Assembly (NCBI GenBank): GCA_964509765.1
Contig: CAZDYI010000073.1
Location: 82-64,081 of the forward strand
Length of the DNA: 64,000 nt
Direction: 5' to 3'
From: an uncultured Gammaproteobacteria bacterium
Lineage (GTDB): Bacteria > Pseudomonadota > Gammaproteobacteria > Tethybacterales > Tethybacteraceae
The position numbers were made by a program, and so were the translations under genes. Below, in pieces: positions 7,161 to 15,693 of the stretch. Numbering within the stretch: the first letter of the stretch is position 1; the number at the start of each line of letters is the position of its first letter. The notes under the pieces are model-generated. The model was given only the letters and a program-made list of their open reading frames with translations, did no database searches and was not told the DNA's origin.

Positions 7161-9920
7161 ATGGGCAGCAACGGCGACGCGCTCGCGAAGCAGTACGACC
7201 CCGCCGCGATCGAGCGCGGGATCTACGAGGGCTGGGAGTCCTCGGGGGCCTTCGACTCCACACCGCGCGAGGGCAGGAAGGGATACTGCATCCTGCTTCC
7301 GCCGCCGAACGTCACGGGATCGCTGCACATGGGCCACGCCTTCCAGCACGTGGTGATGGACGCGCTCGTCCGCCACCGGAGGATGTGCGGCGACGACGTG
7401 CTCTGGCAGCCGGGGACCGACCACGCCGGCGTCGGAACCCACATCGTGGTCTCCCGGGCGCTTCGCGGGCAGGGCCTGGACCCCGACGCGATGGGCCGCG
7501 AGGAGTTCCTCGAGCGGGTGCTCGAGTGGAAGGAGGGATCGGCGTCGACTATCGGCCGGCAGATGAGGCGCCTCGGCGACTCGTGCGACTGGAGCCGGGA
7601 GTGCTTCACCCTCGACCCCAAGCTCTCGGCGGTGGTCCGCGACGTGTTCGTCCGGCTCCACGATGACGGCCTGATCTACCGCGGCAAGCGGCTGGTCAAC
7701 TGGGACCCGAAGCTGCTCACCGCGCTTGCCGACCTCGAGGTCGCGGCCGAGGAGGAAAGCGGCGTGCTCTACCACGTGCGCTACCCGTTCGCCGACGGCG
7801 ACGGGACCGACGGGATGGTGATCGCCACCACCCGTCCCGAGACGATCCTCGTAGACGGCGCGCTCGCGGTGGCGCCGGGCGACCCGCGCCACGCGGCCCA
7901 GGTCGGGCGCTTCGTCCGGGTGCCGTGCACGGAGCGGACGATCGAGGTGATCGAGGACGAGCACGTCGACCCTGAGTTCGGCTCAGGCTGCGTGAAGATC
8001 ACCGCTGCGCACGACTTCAACGACTGGGAGGTTGCGATGCGCCACCCGGACAAGAACATCCCAATCATCGAGCTGATGACGCCCGAGGCGGTCCTCAACG
8101 ACAACGCGCCGGAGCGCTACCGGGGGCTCGACCGCTACGCGGCCCGCGAGCGGATCGTCGCCGACCTCGACGGGCAGGGCCTGCTGGTCAAGAAAGAGGA
8201 CCACACCTACATGCTCCCGCGCGGGATACGCTCCGGCGTGGTGGTCGAGCCGATGCTCAGCGACCAGTGGTTCGTCCGCACCGAGCCGCTTGCGAAGCTA
8301 GCCCTCAAGTCGGTCGAGGAGGGCAGGCTCACGTTCGTGCCGGGCAGCTGGCGGTCGGTCTACGAGAACTGGCTCTCCGGGATCAAGGACTGGTGCATCT
8401 CGCGGCAGATCGACTGGGGGCACCGGATCCCGGCCTGGGAGGACGCCGACGGCAACTGCTTCGTGGCCAAGGACGAGGGCGAGGCGAGGGCCAAGGCCGG
8501 CGACGGCCGCGATCTCCGGCAGGTCGACGACGTGCTCGACACCTGGTTCTCGTCGGCGCTGTGGCCTCTTTCGACGCTCGGCTGGCCCGACGGGGGCGAC
8601 GCGCACTTCAAGCGCTACTTCCCGACCTCGGCGCTCGTGACCGGCAACGACATCATCTTCTTCTGGGTCGCGCGGATGGTGATGATGTCGGAGTACCTCG
8701 TCGGCAAGGAGCCGTTCTCCGAGGTGTACATGCACGGCCTGGTGCGCGACCGCAACGGCGAGAAGATGAGCAAGTCGCGCGGCAACGTCCTCGACCCGAT
8801 CGACCTAATCGAGGGGATCGGCCTCGGCGAGCTGCTCGAGAAGCGGGTCACCCCCGACCTCGACGAAAAGCTCGCCGCCGAGATCGAGCGCAACACCCGC
8901 AAGGAGTTCCCCGACGGCATCCCGGCCTTCGGCGCCGACGCCCTGCGGCTTACCTTCGCCTCGCTCGCCGGCCACGGCCGCAACATCAACTTCGACCTGC
9001 GCCGCATCGACGGCCACAGGCGGCTGTGCACCAAGCTGTGGCAGGCCTCGCGCTTCGTGGTCTCGTCCTGCGAGGGCCCCCCCGCCGGGGGCGGCGAGCG
9101 CGGCTTCGCCGAGCGCTGGATCGTCTCGCGCCTGCAGCGCGCCGAGCGCGACGTCGCGGAGCGCTTCGCGGGCTACCGGCTGGACCTGGCGGTCGAGAAG
9201 CTCACCGCGCTCCTGCGCGACGAGTTCTGCGACTGGTACATAGAGGCGTCCAAGGAGCGCCTGGCCTCCGGCGGGGACGCGGCGGCGGGGGCGAAGGCGA
9301 CCCTTGCGGGCGTGCTCGCCGCGATCCTGCGCCTCGCCCACCCGATCGTCCCGTTCATAACCGCCGAGCTGTGGAAGTCAGTCGGCCCGCTGGCGGGCTT
9401 TGAGGGAGAGGACATCATCACCGCGCCGTACCCGGTTTGCGACGAATCGAAGATCGACTCCGCGGCGGAGGGGGACATGGAAAGGTTCGTCGGCCTGGTC
9501 CACGCTGGGCGCAGCCTGCGCGCTAGCCTCGGGATCGACCCGGGCAAGCGGATCCCGGCGCGGCTCGAGGACCCGGAGGGGACGCTCGACGGCTCGGTCG
9601 GGATGCTGCAGAGGCTCGCGCGGCTCGGCGAGGTGGAGTCCGGTGGGATAGGTCCCGACTCGGGCGAGCCGGTCGTCTCGGTCGACGGCATGCGCCTGCA
9701 GCTCCTGCTCGGCGAGGAGGGCGCCGGCTGGCAGGGGCGCCTCGACGGCGAGATCGCCAGGCTCGAGGAGAGCGTTGGAAGGATGCGCGCCAGGCTCGAC
9801 AACGAGTCCTTTGTCGCGAACGCCCCGGCCAAGGTCGTCGAGGAGGCGCGGGAGCGGTGCTCCAGGGAGCAGGGGCGGCTCGACGCCGCCAGGGATCTTG
9901 CCAGGGCCAACGCGCCCTAG
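7161..9920 (+). CDS. valS: Valine--tRNA ligase
   Basis: Class I motifs PPPNVTGSLHMGH and KMSKSRGN, plus a C-terminal coiled-coil. The ORF opens at GTG 7140; ATG 7161 (MGSNGDALAKQYDP) is preferred because TGGATAGAAT at 7141-7150 looks like a -10 box. Confidence 0.95.
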   Translation: MGSNGDALAKQYDPAAIERGIYEGWESSGAFDSTPREGRKGYCILLPPPNVTGSLHMGHAFQHVVMDALVRHRRMCGDDVLWQPGTDHAGVGTHIVVSRALRGQGLDPDAMGREEFLERVLEWKEGSASTIGRQMRRLGDSCDWSRECFTLDPKLSAVVRDVFVRLHDDGLIYRGKRLVNWDPKLLTALADLEVAAEEESGVLYHVRYPFADGDGTDGMVIATTRPETILVDGALAVAPGDPRHAAQVGRFVRVPCTERTIEVIEDEHVDPEFGSGCVKITAAHDFNDWEVAMRHPDKNIPIIELMTPEAVLNDNAPERYRGLDRYAARERIVADLDGQGLLVKKEDHTYMLPRGIRSGVVVEPMLSDQWFVRTEPLAKLALKSVEEGRLTFVPGSWRSVYENWLSGIKDWCISRQIDWGHRIPAWEDADGNCFVAKDEGEARAKAGDGRDLRQVDDVLDTWFSSALWPLSTLGWPDGGDAHFKRYFPTSALVTGNDIIFFWVARMVMMSEYLVGKEPFSEVYMHGLVRDRNGEKMSKSRGNVLDPIDLIEGIGLGELLEKRVTPDLDEKLAAEIERNTRKEFPDGIPAFGADALRLTFASLAGHGRNINFDLRRIDGHRRLCTKLWQASRFVVSSCEGPPAGGGERGFAERWIVSRLQRAERDVAERFAGYRLDLAVEKLTALLRDEFCDWYIEASKERLASGGDAAAGAKATLAGVLAAILRLAHPIVPFITAELWKSVGPLAGFEGEDIITAPYPVCDESKIDSAAEGDMERFVGLVHAGRSLRASLGIDPGKRIPARLEDPEGTLDGSVGMLQRLARLGEVESGGIGPDSGEPVVSVDGMRLQLLLGEEGAGWQGRLDGEIARLEESVGRMRARLDNESFVANAPAKVVEEARERCSREQGRLDAARDLARANAP

Positions 9921-10025
9921 GCCGGCGGTGCCGCTCGGAAACGCGCGCGCGATGGCGGTTGCGCTCGCCTCGCTTCCGTCGGTCGACCGGCGCTTCCGCC
10001 GGGAAGGCGGCGGGCGCTAGCGGCG

Positions 10026-13000
10026 GTGCTCGACGTCCGTCCTGGGGCGCGCGGCGAGCCGCGCAGGGTGGAGGGCCTGCCGGGCTGCGCCGAGGCGGTC
10101 GCGCTGTCGAGGCTCGGCAGGCGCCGCAGGGTGCTGGCGGTCATGGACGACCCGGCCGCGGCGCTGCGGATGGCGGACCAGCTCCGCAGCCTGACGGACC
10201 CTTCCCTGGTCCACCACCTCGTCGGCTGGGAGGTCCTGCCGTACGACGCGACCTCGCCGCCGAAGGCGATCGCAAGCGAGCGGATCGCGGTGCTCGCGCG
10301 CCTGCTTTCGGGCAGGCCCGGGGTGTATGTGACCGCGGCGGCGGACGCGCTGCTGCCGTGCATGCCGCCGGAGGTCCTGCGCGCGAAGGCGTTCCAGCTC
10401 GCGGTCGGTGACGTGCTCGACGTCGGAAGGCTCGCCGCCAGCCTGGCCGCCGCGGGATGCGCGTCCGTCGACCGGGTGCGCGCCGCAGGGGAGTTCGCCC
10501 ACTACGGCGGGCAGCTGGACATGTACCCCGGCGGGCAGCTGCGGCCGCTGCGGATCGTCATGGACGACGACCGCGTCGGCCAGATCCGCACCTTCGACCC
10601 TGCGACCCAGCTGAGCACCGGCAGGCAGGAGCGCATAGACGTGCTTCCGGCGCGGGAGTACCCGCTCGACGACGAGTCTGTGGTCGCGTTCCGGCAGAGG
10701 TGGCGGGAGCGCTTCGACGGCGACCTCGGCGACGACGTCTACCGCGCGGTGAGCCGCGGCGATGAGGCCGACGGCGCCGAGTTCTACCTGCCGCTGTTCC
10801 ACGGCGCGAGGGCGAGCGTGCTCGACTACCTAGGGCACAATGATGCGATCTGGCGGCATGCCGGACTCGCCGGCAGGATTGCGGACTTCACCGGCCTCGT
10901 CGAGGAGCGGCACCTCGGCGCGGTGCGCGCCGGGACCGCAGCGCTTGAGCCTGACGAGCTGTTTGTCTCGCCGGACGCGCTGTTCGCGGGCATGGACCGC
11001 CACGCGGTGGTCGAGGTGTGCGGGGACGGGGAAGATGGCGCCGAGGACGCGGGCGCGCGGGAGCTGCCGCCGCTCGGGGTGCGGCGCGATAGCGCCGCGC
11101 CGTACGGCCTGCTCAAGAAGTGGCTTGCGGGGCGCAGGGGGCGGGTGGTGTTCGCATGGTCGGGCAGGGCGCGCAAGGAGCGGGTGGCCGCTGCGCTCGA
11201 GGCCGCGGGGGCGAAGTACGAGGAGGCGGACGAGGTGGCCGGCCGCAGGCACGGGGTGTTCCTCCGCGAGGGCTCGCTGACCGGCGGATTCGACTGCCCG
11301 GCCTCGTCGCTCGCGGTGGTCACCGAGGCCGAGCTTCACGACTACGTCCCGTCGCCGCGCCTCGCGCGCTCTGCGGCCGTGGCCGCGTTCGAGCTCGACG
11401 ACCTCTCGCCGGGCGAGCTCGTGGTCCACCAGGACTACGGCATCGCGCGCTACCACGGGCTCACTGCGGTCGAGTCCGGCGAGGTCGAGGACGAGTTCAT
11501 CGACCTCGAGTTCGCCGGCGGCGTGCGGCTGTACGTCGCGGTCGCGCAGTGCCACCTGGTCTCGCGCCACCGCCGTCCCGAGCAAGGCGAGGAGGTCGAG
11601 CTCCACCGGCTCGGCTCGCGGCGCTGGAGGAGCATGCGCTCGAAGGCCGAGCAGGCCGCGCGCGACACCGCGGCGCACCTGCTCGAGCTCTACGCAACGC
11701 GCGAGGCGCTCGGGGCGCGGGAGAGGCTGCCGCTCGACGAGGAGGCCTACGCGGCCTTCCTCGCCGGCTTCGAGCACGGCGACACCGCCGACCAGATGCG
11801 CGCGAGCGCCGAGGTCGTCGCGGACCTGTGCTCGCCGCGGCCGATGGACCGGCTCGTCTGCGGCGAGGTCGGCTACGGCAAGACCGAGGTCGCCATGCGC
11901 GCGGCCTGGGTCTCCTGGCACCAGGGCGAGCAGGTCGCGGTCGTCGCGCCGACGACCGTGCTCTCCGACCAGCTCCACCGCAACTTCGTCGAGCGCTTCG
12001 CCGGGACCGGGGCCGAGGTGCTCGAGCTCTCGACCCTGCACAGCGCGGCCGACAGGAACAGGACGCTCGAGAGGCTCGCGACGGGACAGGCGATGATCGT
12101 CGTCGGTACCCACTCGCTGCTGTCCAAGGGCGTGCGGATCCCGAACCTCGGCCTCGTCGTGATCGACGAGGAGCACAGGTTCGGCGTGAGGCAGAAGGAG
12201 CGCATGCGCGAGATGCGCGCGAACGCCGACGTCCTGTCGATGAGCGCGACTCCGATCCCGCGCACGCTGTCGCTCGCGCTCGAGGGCCTGCGCGACATGT
12301 CGCTGATCGCGACCCCGCCGCCGGACCGCCTCGAGGTGCGGACGATGGTCTCCAAGGACCACGACTCGGTCGTCCGCGAGGCGCTCTCGCGCGAGCTCGC
12401 CCGCGGCGGCCAGGTCTTCTACGTCCACCACCGGGTGCAGACGATCAAGTCGGCCGAGGAGCGGATCAGGGACCTCGCGCCGTCGGCGAGGGTCGGCACC
12501 GCCCACGGGCAGCTGCCGCACGCCCAGCTGGAGTCTGTGATGCGCGGCTTCTACCGCGGCGAGGTCGACGTCCTGCTGTGCACCTCGATCGTCGAGAGCG
12601 GGATCGACGTGCCCAACGCGAACACTGTGATCGTCCCGCGCTCGGAGCACTTCGGGCTCGCCCAGCTCCACCAGCTGCGCGGGCGGGTCGGTCGCTCGGC
12701 CCGGCAGGGCTACGCCTACTTCCTGCTGCCGAGGGTCTCCGGCGATAACGGCAAGGGCAAGACCAGGGCCGAGAGCCGCCTGCAGACGATAGCCGAGTCG
12801 GCGCACATGGGCGGCGGCTACCACATCGCGACCCGCGACCTCGAGATACGCGGCGCCGGCGAGGTGCTCGGCGAGGCGCAAAGCGGGGTGATAACCGGCA
12901 TGGGCATGGAGGCCTTCCGGCGCATGCTCGCATCCGCGACGCGGAGCCTAAAGGGCGACACGGGAATCCCGGCGTCGGACTGCGAGGTCGACCTCGGCGG

Positions 13001-13415
13001 CCACGCGCGGCTGCCCGCCGACTACTGCGCGCGGGCAATCGAGCGGATGCGCTGCTACAGGACCCTTTCGGCGATGCACGAGGCCGAAGAGGTCGAGGGG
13101 TTCAGGGAGCACCTGGTCGACCGCTTCGGACCGCTTCCGTTCCAGGCGCGGCTCCTGATCGACTCTCACCTGCTGCGGATCAGGGCCAACGGGCTCGGGG
13201 TGTCGAGCATCAAGGCCAACTCGCACGGGCTGAAGCTCAGGTTCGAGGGTAGCCCCGACTTCGCCGACGCCCTGGTGGAAATGGCTAGGCGGCGCAAGGA
13301 CTTCAGCCTGGATCCCGACAACGGCATGCGGATCGCGGGCAAGGGCGACATGCAAGAGCTCCTCCATCGCGCGCGTCGCACCTGCGAGGAGATCGCTCAG
13401 GCCGTCAGGGCCTGA
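10026..13415 (+). CDS. mfd: Transcription-repair coupling factor
   Basis: 1129 aa. Helicase motifs GEVGYGKTEVAMRAA, VIDEEHRFGV and LHQLRGRVGRS. The N-terminal UvrB-like region aligns with Mfd. Confidence 0.95.
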   Translation: MLDVRPGARGEPRRVEGLPGCAEAVALSRLGRRRRVLAVMDDPAAALRMADQLRSLTDPSLVHHLVGWEVLPYDATSPPKAIASERIAVLARLLSGRPGVYVTAAADALLPCMPPEVLRAKAFQLAVGDVLDVGRLAASLAAAGCASVDRVRAAGEFAHYGGQLDMYPGGQLRPLRIVMDDDRVGQIRTFDPATQLSTGRQERIDVLPAREYPLDDESVVAFRQRWRERFDGDLGDDVYRAVSRGDEADGAEFYLPLFHGARASVLDYLGHNDAIWRHAGLAGRIADFTGLVEERHLGAVRAGTAALEPDELFVSPDALFAGMDRHAVVEVCGDGEDGAEDAGARELPPLGVRRDSAAPYGLLKKWLAGRRGRVVFAWSGRARKERVAAALEAAGAKYEEADEVAGRRHGVFLREGSLTGGFDCPASSLAVVTEAELHDYVPSPRLARSAAVAAFELDDLSPGELVVHQDYGIARYHGLTAVESGEVEDEFIDLEFAGGVRLYVAVAQCHLVSRHRRPEQGEEVELHRLGSRRWRSMRSKAEQAARDTAAHLLELYATREALGARERLPLDEEAYAAFLAGFEHGDTADQMRASAEVVADLCSPRPMDRLVCGEVGYGKTEVAMRAAWVSWHQGEQVAVVAPTTVLSDQLHRNFVERFAGTGAEVLELSTLHSAADRNRTLERLATGQAMIVVGTHSLLSKGVRIPNLGLVVIDEEHRFGVRQKERMREMRANADVLSMSATPIPRTLSLALEGLRDMSLIATPPPDRLEVRTMVSKDHDSVVREALSRELARGGQVFYVHHRVQTIKSAEERIRDLAPSARVGTAHGQLPHAQLESVMRGFYRGEVDVLLCTSIVESGIDVPNANTVIVPRSEHFGLAQLHQLRGRVGRSARQGYAYFLLPRVSGDNGKGKTRAESRLQTIAESAHMGGGYHIATRDLEIRGAGEVLGEAQSGVITGMGMEAFRRMLASATRSLKGDTGIPASDCEVDLGGHARLPADYCARAIERMRCYRTLSAMHEAEEVEGFREHLVDRFGPLPFQARLLIDSHLLRIRANGLGVSSIKANSHGLKLRFEGSPDFADALVEMARRRKDFSLDPDNGMRIAGKGDMQELLHRARRTCEEIAQAVRA

Positions 13416-13429
13416 TTCATGCAGGGGGG

Positions 13430-13459
13430 TTGACAAATGGTGTGGGAATGGTGTAGCAT
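13430..13459 (+). promoter_or_regulatory. Putative sigma70-type promoter (TTGACA-18 nt-TAGCAT) for the protease/mini-protein cassette
   Basis: TTGACA at 13430-13435 and TAGCAT at 13454-13459. The ATG at 13467 begins 7 nt after the -10 box, which suggests a leaderless or near-leaderless transcript. Confidence 0.45.
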
Positions 13460-13466
13460 GCGGTGT

Positions 13467-14282
13467 ATGGCAGACAAGAAAGAGCCGAAAAACAAGGCCG
13501 GCGCCGAGCAGGATGTGCTCGTCTTCGTCGGTCCCATGAGCCGTGAGCAAGTCCAGAAGGCGCTTGCCCTCGTCAAGGACTGCAAAGCAAGGTCGGCGGG
13601 CCTGCTGTTGGTCTTGGTCACCTTGGGTGGCAGTGCGGACGCTGCGTACAAGCTGGCGAGCACGCTCAGGAAGCTGTACGGGAAGATCACCGTCTTCGTG
13701 CCTCACATGTGCAAGAGCGCTGGCACCCTGGTCTGCCTGGCGGCAGACGAGCTTGTCATGAGCGTTGACGGTGAGCTCGGACCTCTTGACGTGCAGGTTG
13801 TCCAAGACGACAGGACAAAGATGCATTCAGGGTTGGATCAGAGTACCTCCTTTTCTGCCCTGATCTATCACACACGTGACGCCTTCAGCCACTATTTCAG
13901 GTACTGTGTGACGAAGCTAGGCTTGAGCAAGAAATCAGCTTCAGAAATTGCGTCAGATCTGGCTGGTATGACGATGGCTCCGATTTATTCCCAGATCGAC
14001 CCGCGCGTTGTCGGAGAGATAATCAGGGCAATGGAAGTATCCTACAGGTACGGAAACTTGCTTCGCACAATAAATGTGCAACCATGGACAATAAAAACAT
14101 TGGTGGATGCTTTCCCGTCGCATGGTTTTGTCATTGACAGCAAAACAGCTTCAGGACTGTTCAAGAAGCTCCGTGAGCCTGGCGAAATCGAACAACAGCA
14201 GGTGCCGGCAACAGACCTTCTCGAGGTCTTGAAAAACCAGAGAAGTATAATTACATTCAAGCAACAGGAGGCAACCAAATGA
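13467..14282 (+). CDS. Clp-fold serine proteinase, SDH/S49-like family
   Basis: LLVLVTLGGSADAAYK and HMCKSAGTLVCLAADELVMS resemble the ClpP/SppA GG and nucleophile-Ser blocks. Size is about 271 aa from MADKKEPKNK. The track ORF starts at 13437. Confidence 0.7.
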   Translation: MADKKEPKNKAGAEQDVLVFVGPMSREQVQKALALVKDCKARSAGLLLVLVTLGGSADAAYKLASTLRKLYGKITVFVPHMCKSAGTLVCLAADELVMSVDGELGPLDVQVVQDDRTKMHSGLDQSTSFSALIYHTRDAFSHYFRYCVTKLGLSKKSASEIASDLAGMTMAPIYSQIDPRVVGEIIRAMEVSYRYGNLLRTINVQPWTIKTLVDAFPSHGFVIDSKTASGLFKKLREPGEIEQQQVPATDLLEVLKNQRSIITFKQQEATK

Positions 14283-14461
14283 GCAAGAAGTTTGAGTTCT
14301 TCAAAACAAGAAAGGAACTCCTGGAGGAGTTGCAGGAGCACAGGCGGCTATTCCAAGAGGATCTGGACCGCCAGTTGGGGCGCATCCCGGAAGACTTCGT
14401 CGACGACGGAGCAGAGCCGGGCAGGAAGATCCCGCACAATCCCTTCACTGGAGGGAAGTGA
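14279..14461 (+). CDS. Mini-protein A (60 aa), paralogue family T-R-x-E-[LF]..E[LV][HQ]..RR.....[LM][DN]R.LGR
   Basis: Its ATG overlaps the protease stop (ATGA). Strong AGGAGG Shine-Dalgarno 7 nt upstream. The core FFKTRKELLEELQEHRRLFQEDLDRQLGRIPEDF is shared with B-D. Confidence 0.6.
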   Translation: MSKKFEFFKTRKELLEELQEHRRLFQEDLDRQLGRIPEDFVDDGAEPGRKIPHNPFTGGK

Positions 14462-14561
14462 TCGCCAGACGCCTCCTCAGGCGCCTGGTGCGAACCGCTG
14501 TTGCCCCCGTAGCTGGCATCTCAAGCTGGAGTCGGGAAAGGGCTTGAAGCAGGCGGACAAC

Positions 14562-14783
14562 ATGAAGAAGGTTGAAATGCACGACAGGAAGATCCCTTTC
14601 TTGTACCAAACCAGGGAAGAGTTCTGGGCGGAGTTGCACAAGAACAGAAGGCAATACCGGAAAGAGATGGACCGCTTGCTGGGACGCAGGCCAGGCGAGC
14701 CTCTTCTGTACAGGTACATGTTGGGCAGGAAGCGCCCAGAGGGACCTGTTGACTCTGGCGATCAACAGCCAGACGAGTCCTGA
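14562..14783 (+). CDS. Mini-protein B (73 aa), same paralogue family
   Basis: MKKVEMHDRKIPFLYQTREEFWAELHKNRRQYRKEMDRLLGRRPGEP... This is an internal ATG of the 163-aa track ORF, chosen because the shared core starts just after it. Confidence 0.55.
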   Translation: MKKVEMHDRKIPFLYQTREEFWAELHKNRRQYRKEMDRLLGRRPGEPLLYRYMLGRKRPEGPVDSGDQQPDES

Positions 14784-14993
14784 GTGACCAGGTCCAAGGG
14801 GTCGGTCAGCTTGAAACTGACATTACCTGAGACCAGCGAAGGGTTTGCTGAGTACCTGCAGGAATGCAGGAGGCTCAACGATGAGGACCTTGAGCGCGTG
14901 CTGGGTAAAAGGCCCGGCGAGAGCTGGTACAGGAGGGAGATCAAACAACTCGCAGAGGACAAGCGTGCGAGCGAAGAAAAAAAGGACAGGTGA
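14784..14993 (+). CDS. Mini-protein C (69 aa), same paralogue family
   Basis: GTG directly abuts the TGA of B in the same frame. Core TLPETSEGFAEYLQECRRLNDEDLERVLGKRPGES. Confidence 0.5.
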   Translation: MTRSKGSVSLKLTLPETSEGFAEYLQECRRLNDEDLERVLGKRPGESWYRREIKQLAEDKRASEEKKDR

Positions 14994-15059
14994 CGGCAGC
15001 CGGCCGGCGCCGCTCTTGCGATTCATGTGCTGTGGCGTGGCTGCTGAGGATGAGCAGGT

Positions 15060-15233
15060 ATGAACAACAAAATTAGAAAGGTCGTCTACCAGACCAGGGA
15101 AGAGTTCTGGGCTGAGGTGCATGAGCACAGGAGGCGGCACAGGGCAGAGATGAACCGCTTGCTAGGGCGCAAGTTGGGCGGAGCTCTTGCCCGCTACAGG
15201 GCTCGCAGGAACAGGACGGGGAACATCATCTGA
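15060..15233 (+). CDS. Mini-protein D (57 aa), same paralogue family
   Basis: Not in the ORF track (below 60 aa). Hand translation: MNNKIRKVVYQTREEFWAEVHEHRRRHRAEMNRLLGRKLGGALARYRARRNRTGNII. GAGGA lies 9 nt upstream. Confidence 0.55.
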   Translation: MNNKIRKVVYQTREEFWAEVHEHRRRHRAEMNRLLGRKLGGALARYRARRNRTGNII

Positions 15234-15426
15234 TCTTGGCAAGAGATGACCAAGCACACCTTGAGCAGCAAGTGGAGCGTGCTGGCTTGGATAATTTCGG
15301 AACTGTTCGAGTCAGAACGTCCTCTTTCAACAGATGAGGCAAGCCGGATTTTGACATCAACTTAGCGGAGGAGTTGACATCAGGCCGTGCTAGAACTACT
15401 TTCCTACCAAGCGAGGCAGAGCAGAA

Positions 15427-15609
15427 ATGGTAAAGCCATTTTCAAGAAACAATGAGCGGATAGATCAGTCGCACATACGGCGGCTGAGGAAGCTCTACAG
15501 TGGAGTCGGAGGGCGGGCGCCCAAGCCGATTCCCAGCGATGAGGAGCGCCGCGCCTGCAAGGAAGTGATCAGCCGGTATTACTCCGGACTGCGCAAGGCA
15601 GGGCTGTGA
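15427..15609 (+). CDS. Hypothetical small basic protein (60 aa)
   Basis: Last ORF of the lower-G+C cassette: MVKPFSRNNERIDQSHIRRLRKLYSG... No family recognised and only a weak RBS. Confidence 0.35.
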   Translation: MVKPFSRNNERIDQSHIRRLRKLYSGVGGRAPKPIPSDEERRACKEVISRYYSGLRKAGL

Positions 15610-15693
15610 TCGCTGCCCTCCGCTGAGCTCTGGTTCAGGAAACACCCTGAATCAGCGTGTCTCAGCCTTTGATGCAGGCAGGCTCTTGCGGAT

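Noticed and set aside
5899-7263. 454-aa minus-strand ORF in the track
   Set aside because: It is a chimera. Only the last ~190 codons (the beta-barrel) look coding. The upstream part is Arg/Pro/Gly-rich read-through across the promoter region and ctaG in another frame.
6528-7964. 478-aa minus-strand ORF
   Set aside because: Only the C-terminal 179 aa (ctaG, from MRFSL at 7067) are real. The remainder is antisense to valS and has typical high-G+C shadow-ORF composition.
10830-12881. 683-aa ORF antisense to mfd, and similar long antisense or off-frame ORFs (39146-41257 against alaS; 41188-42606; 19830-21431; 29193-30680; 31029-32705; 53456-55231; 55417-56625; 60295-61674)
   Set aside because: All are Arg/Ala/Pro/Gly-rich with no recognisable motifs, and all lie opposite or out of frame to genes with clear family signatures. 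These are the expected shadow ORFs of stop-poor high-G+C DNA.
14465-14488. Hairpin CCAGACGCC-TCCTCA-GGCGCCTGG after mini-protein A as a terminator
   Set aside because: The stem contains a mismatch and no U-tract follows. It cannot be told apart from chance GC-rich complementarity.
14977-14983. A7 run in mini-protein C as a fourth slippage tract
   Set aside because: It is only 7 nt long, lies at the 3' end of the ORF within Lys codons (EEKKDR), and is not comparable with the 10-12-nt G/C tracts.
15246-15365. 39-codon ORF (MTKHTLSSKWSVLAWIISELFESERPLSTDEASRILTST) and duplicated TTGACATCA (15351-15359, 15374-15382) between mini-protein D and ORF E
   Set aside because: The ORF has no RBS, no similarity to the A-D core and is too short to support. 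The 9-mer duplication could be a regulatory site, but its spacing to any -10-like hexamer is poor.
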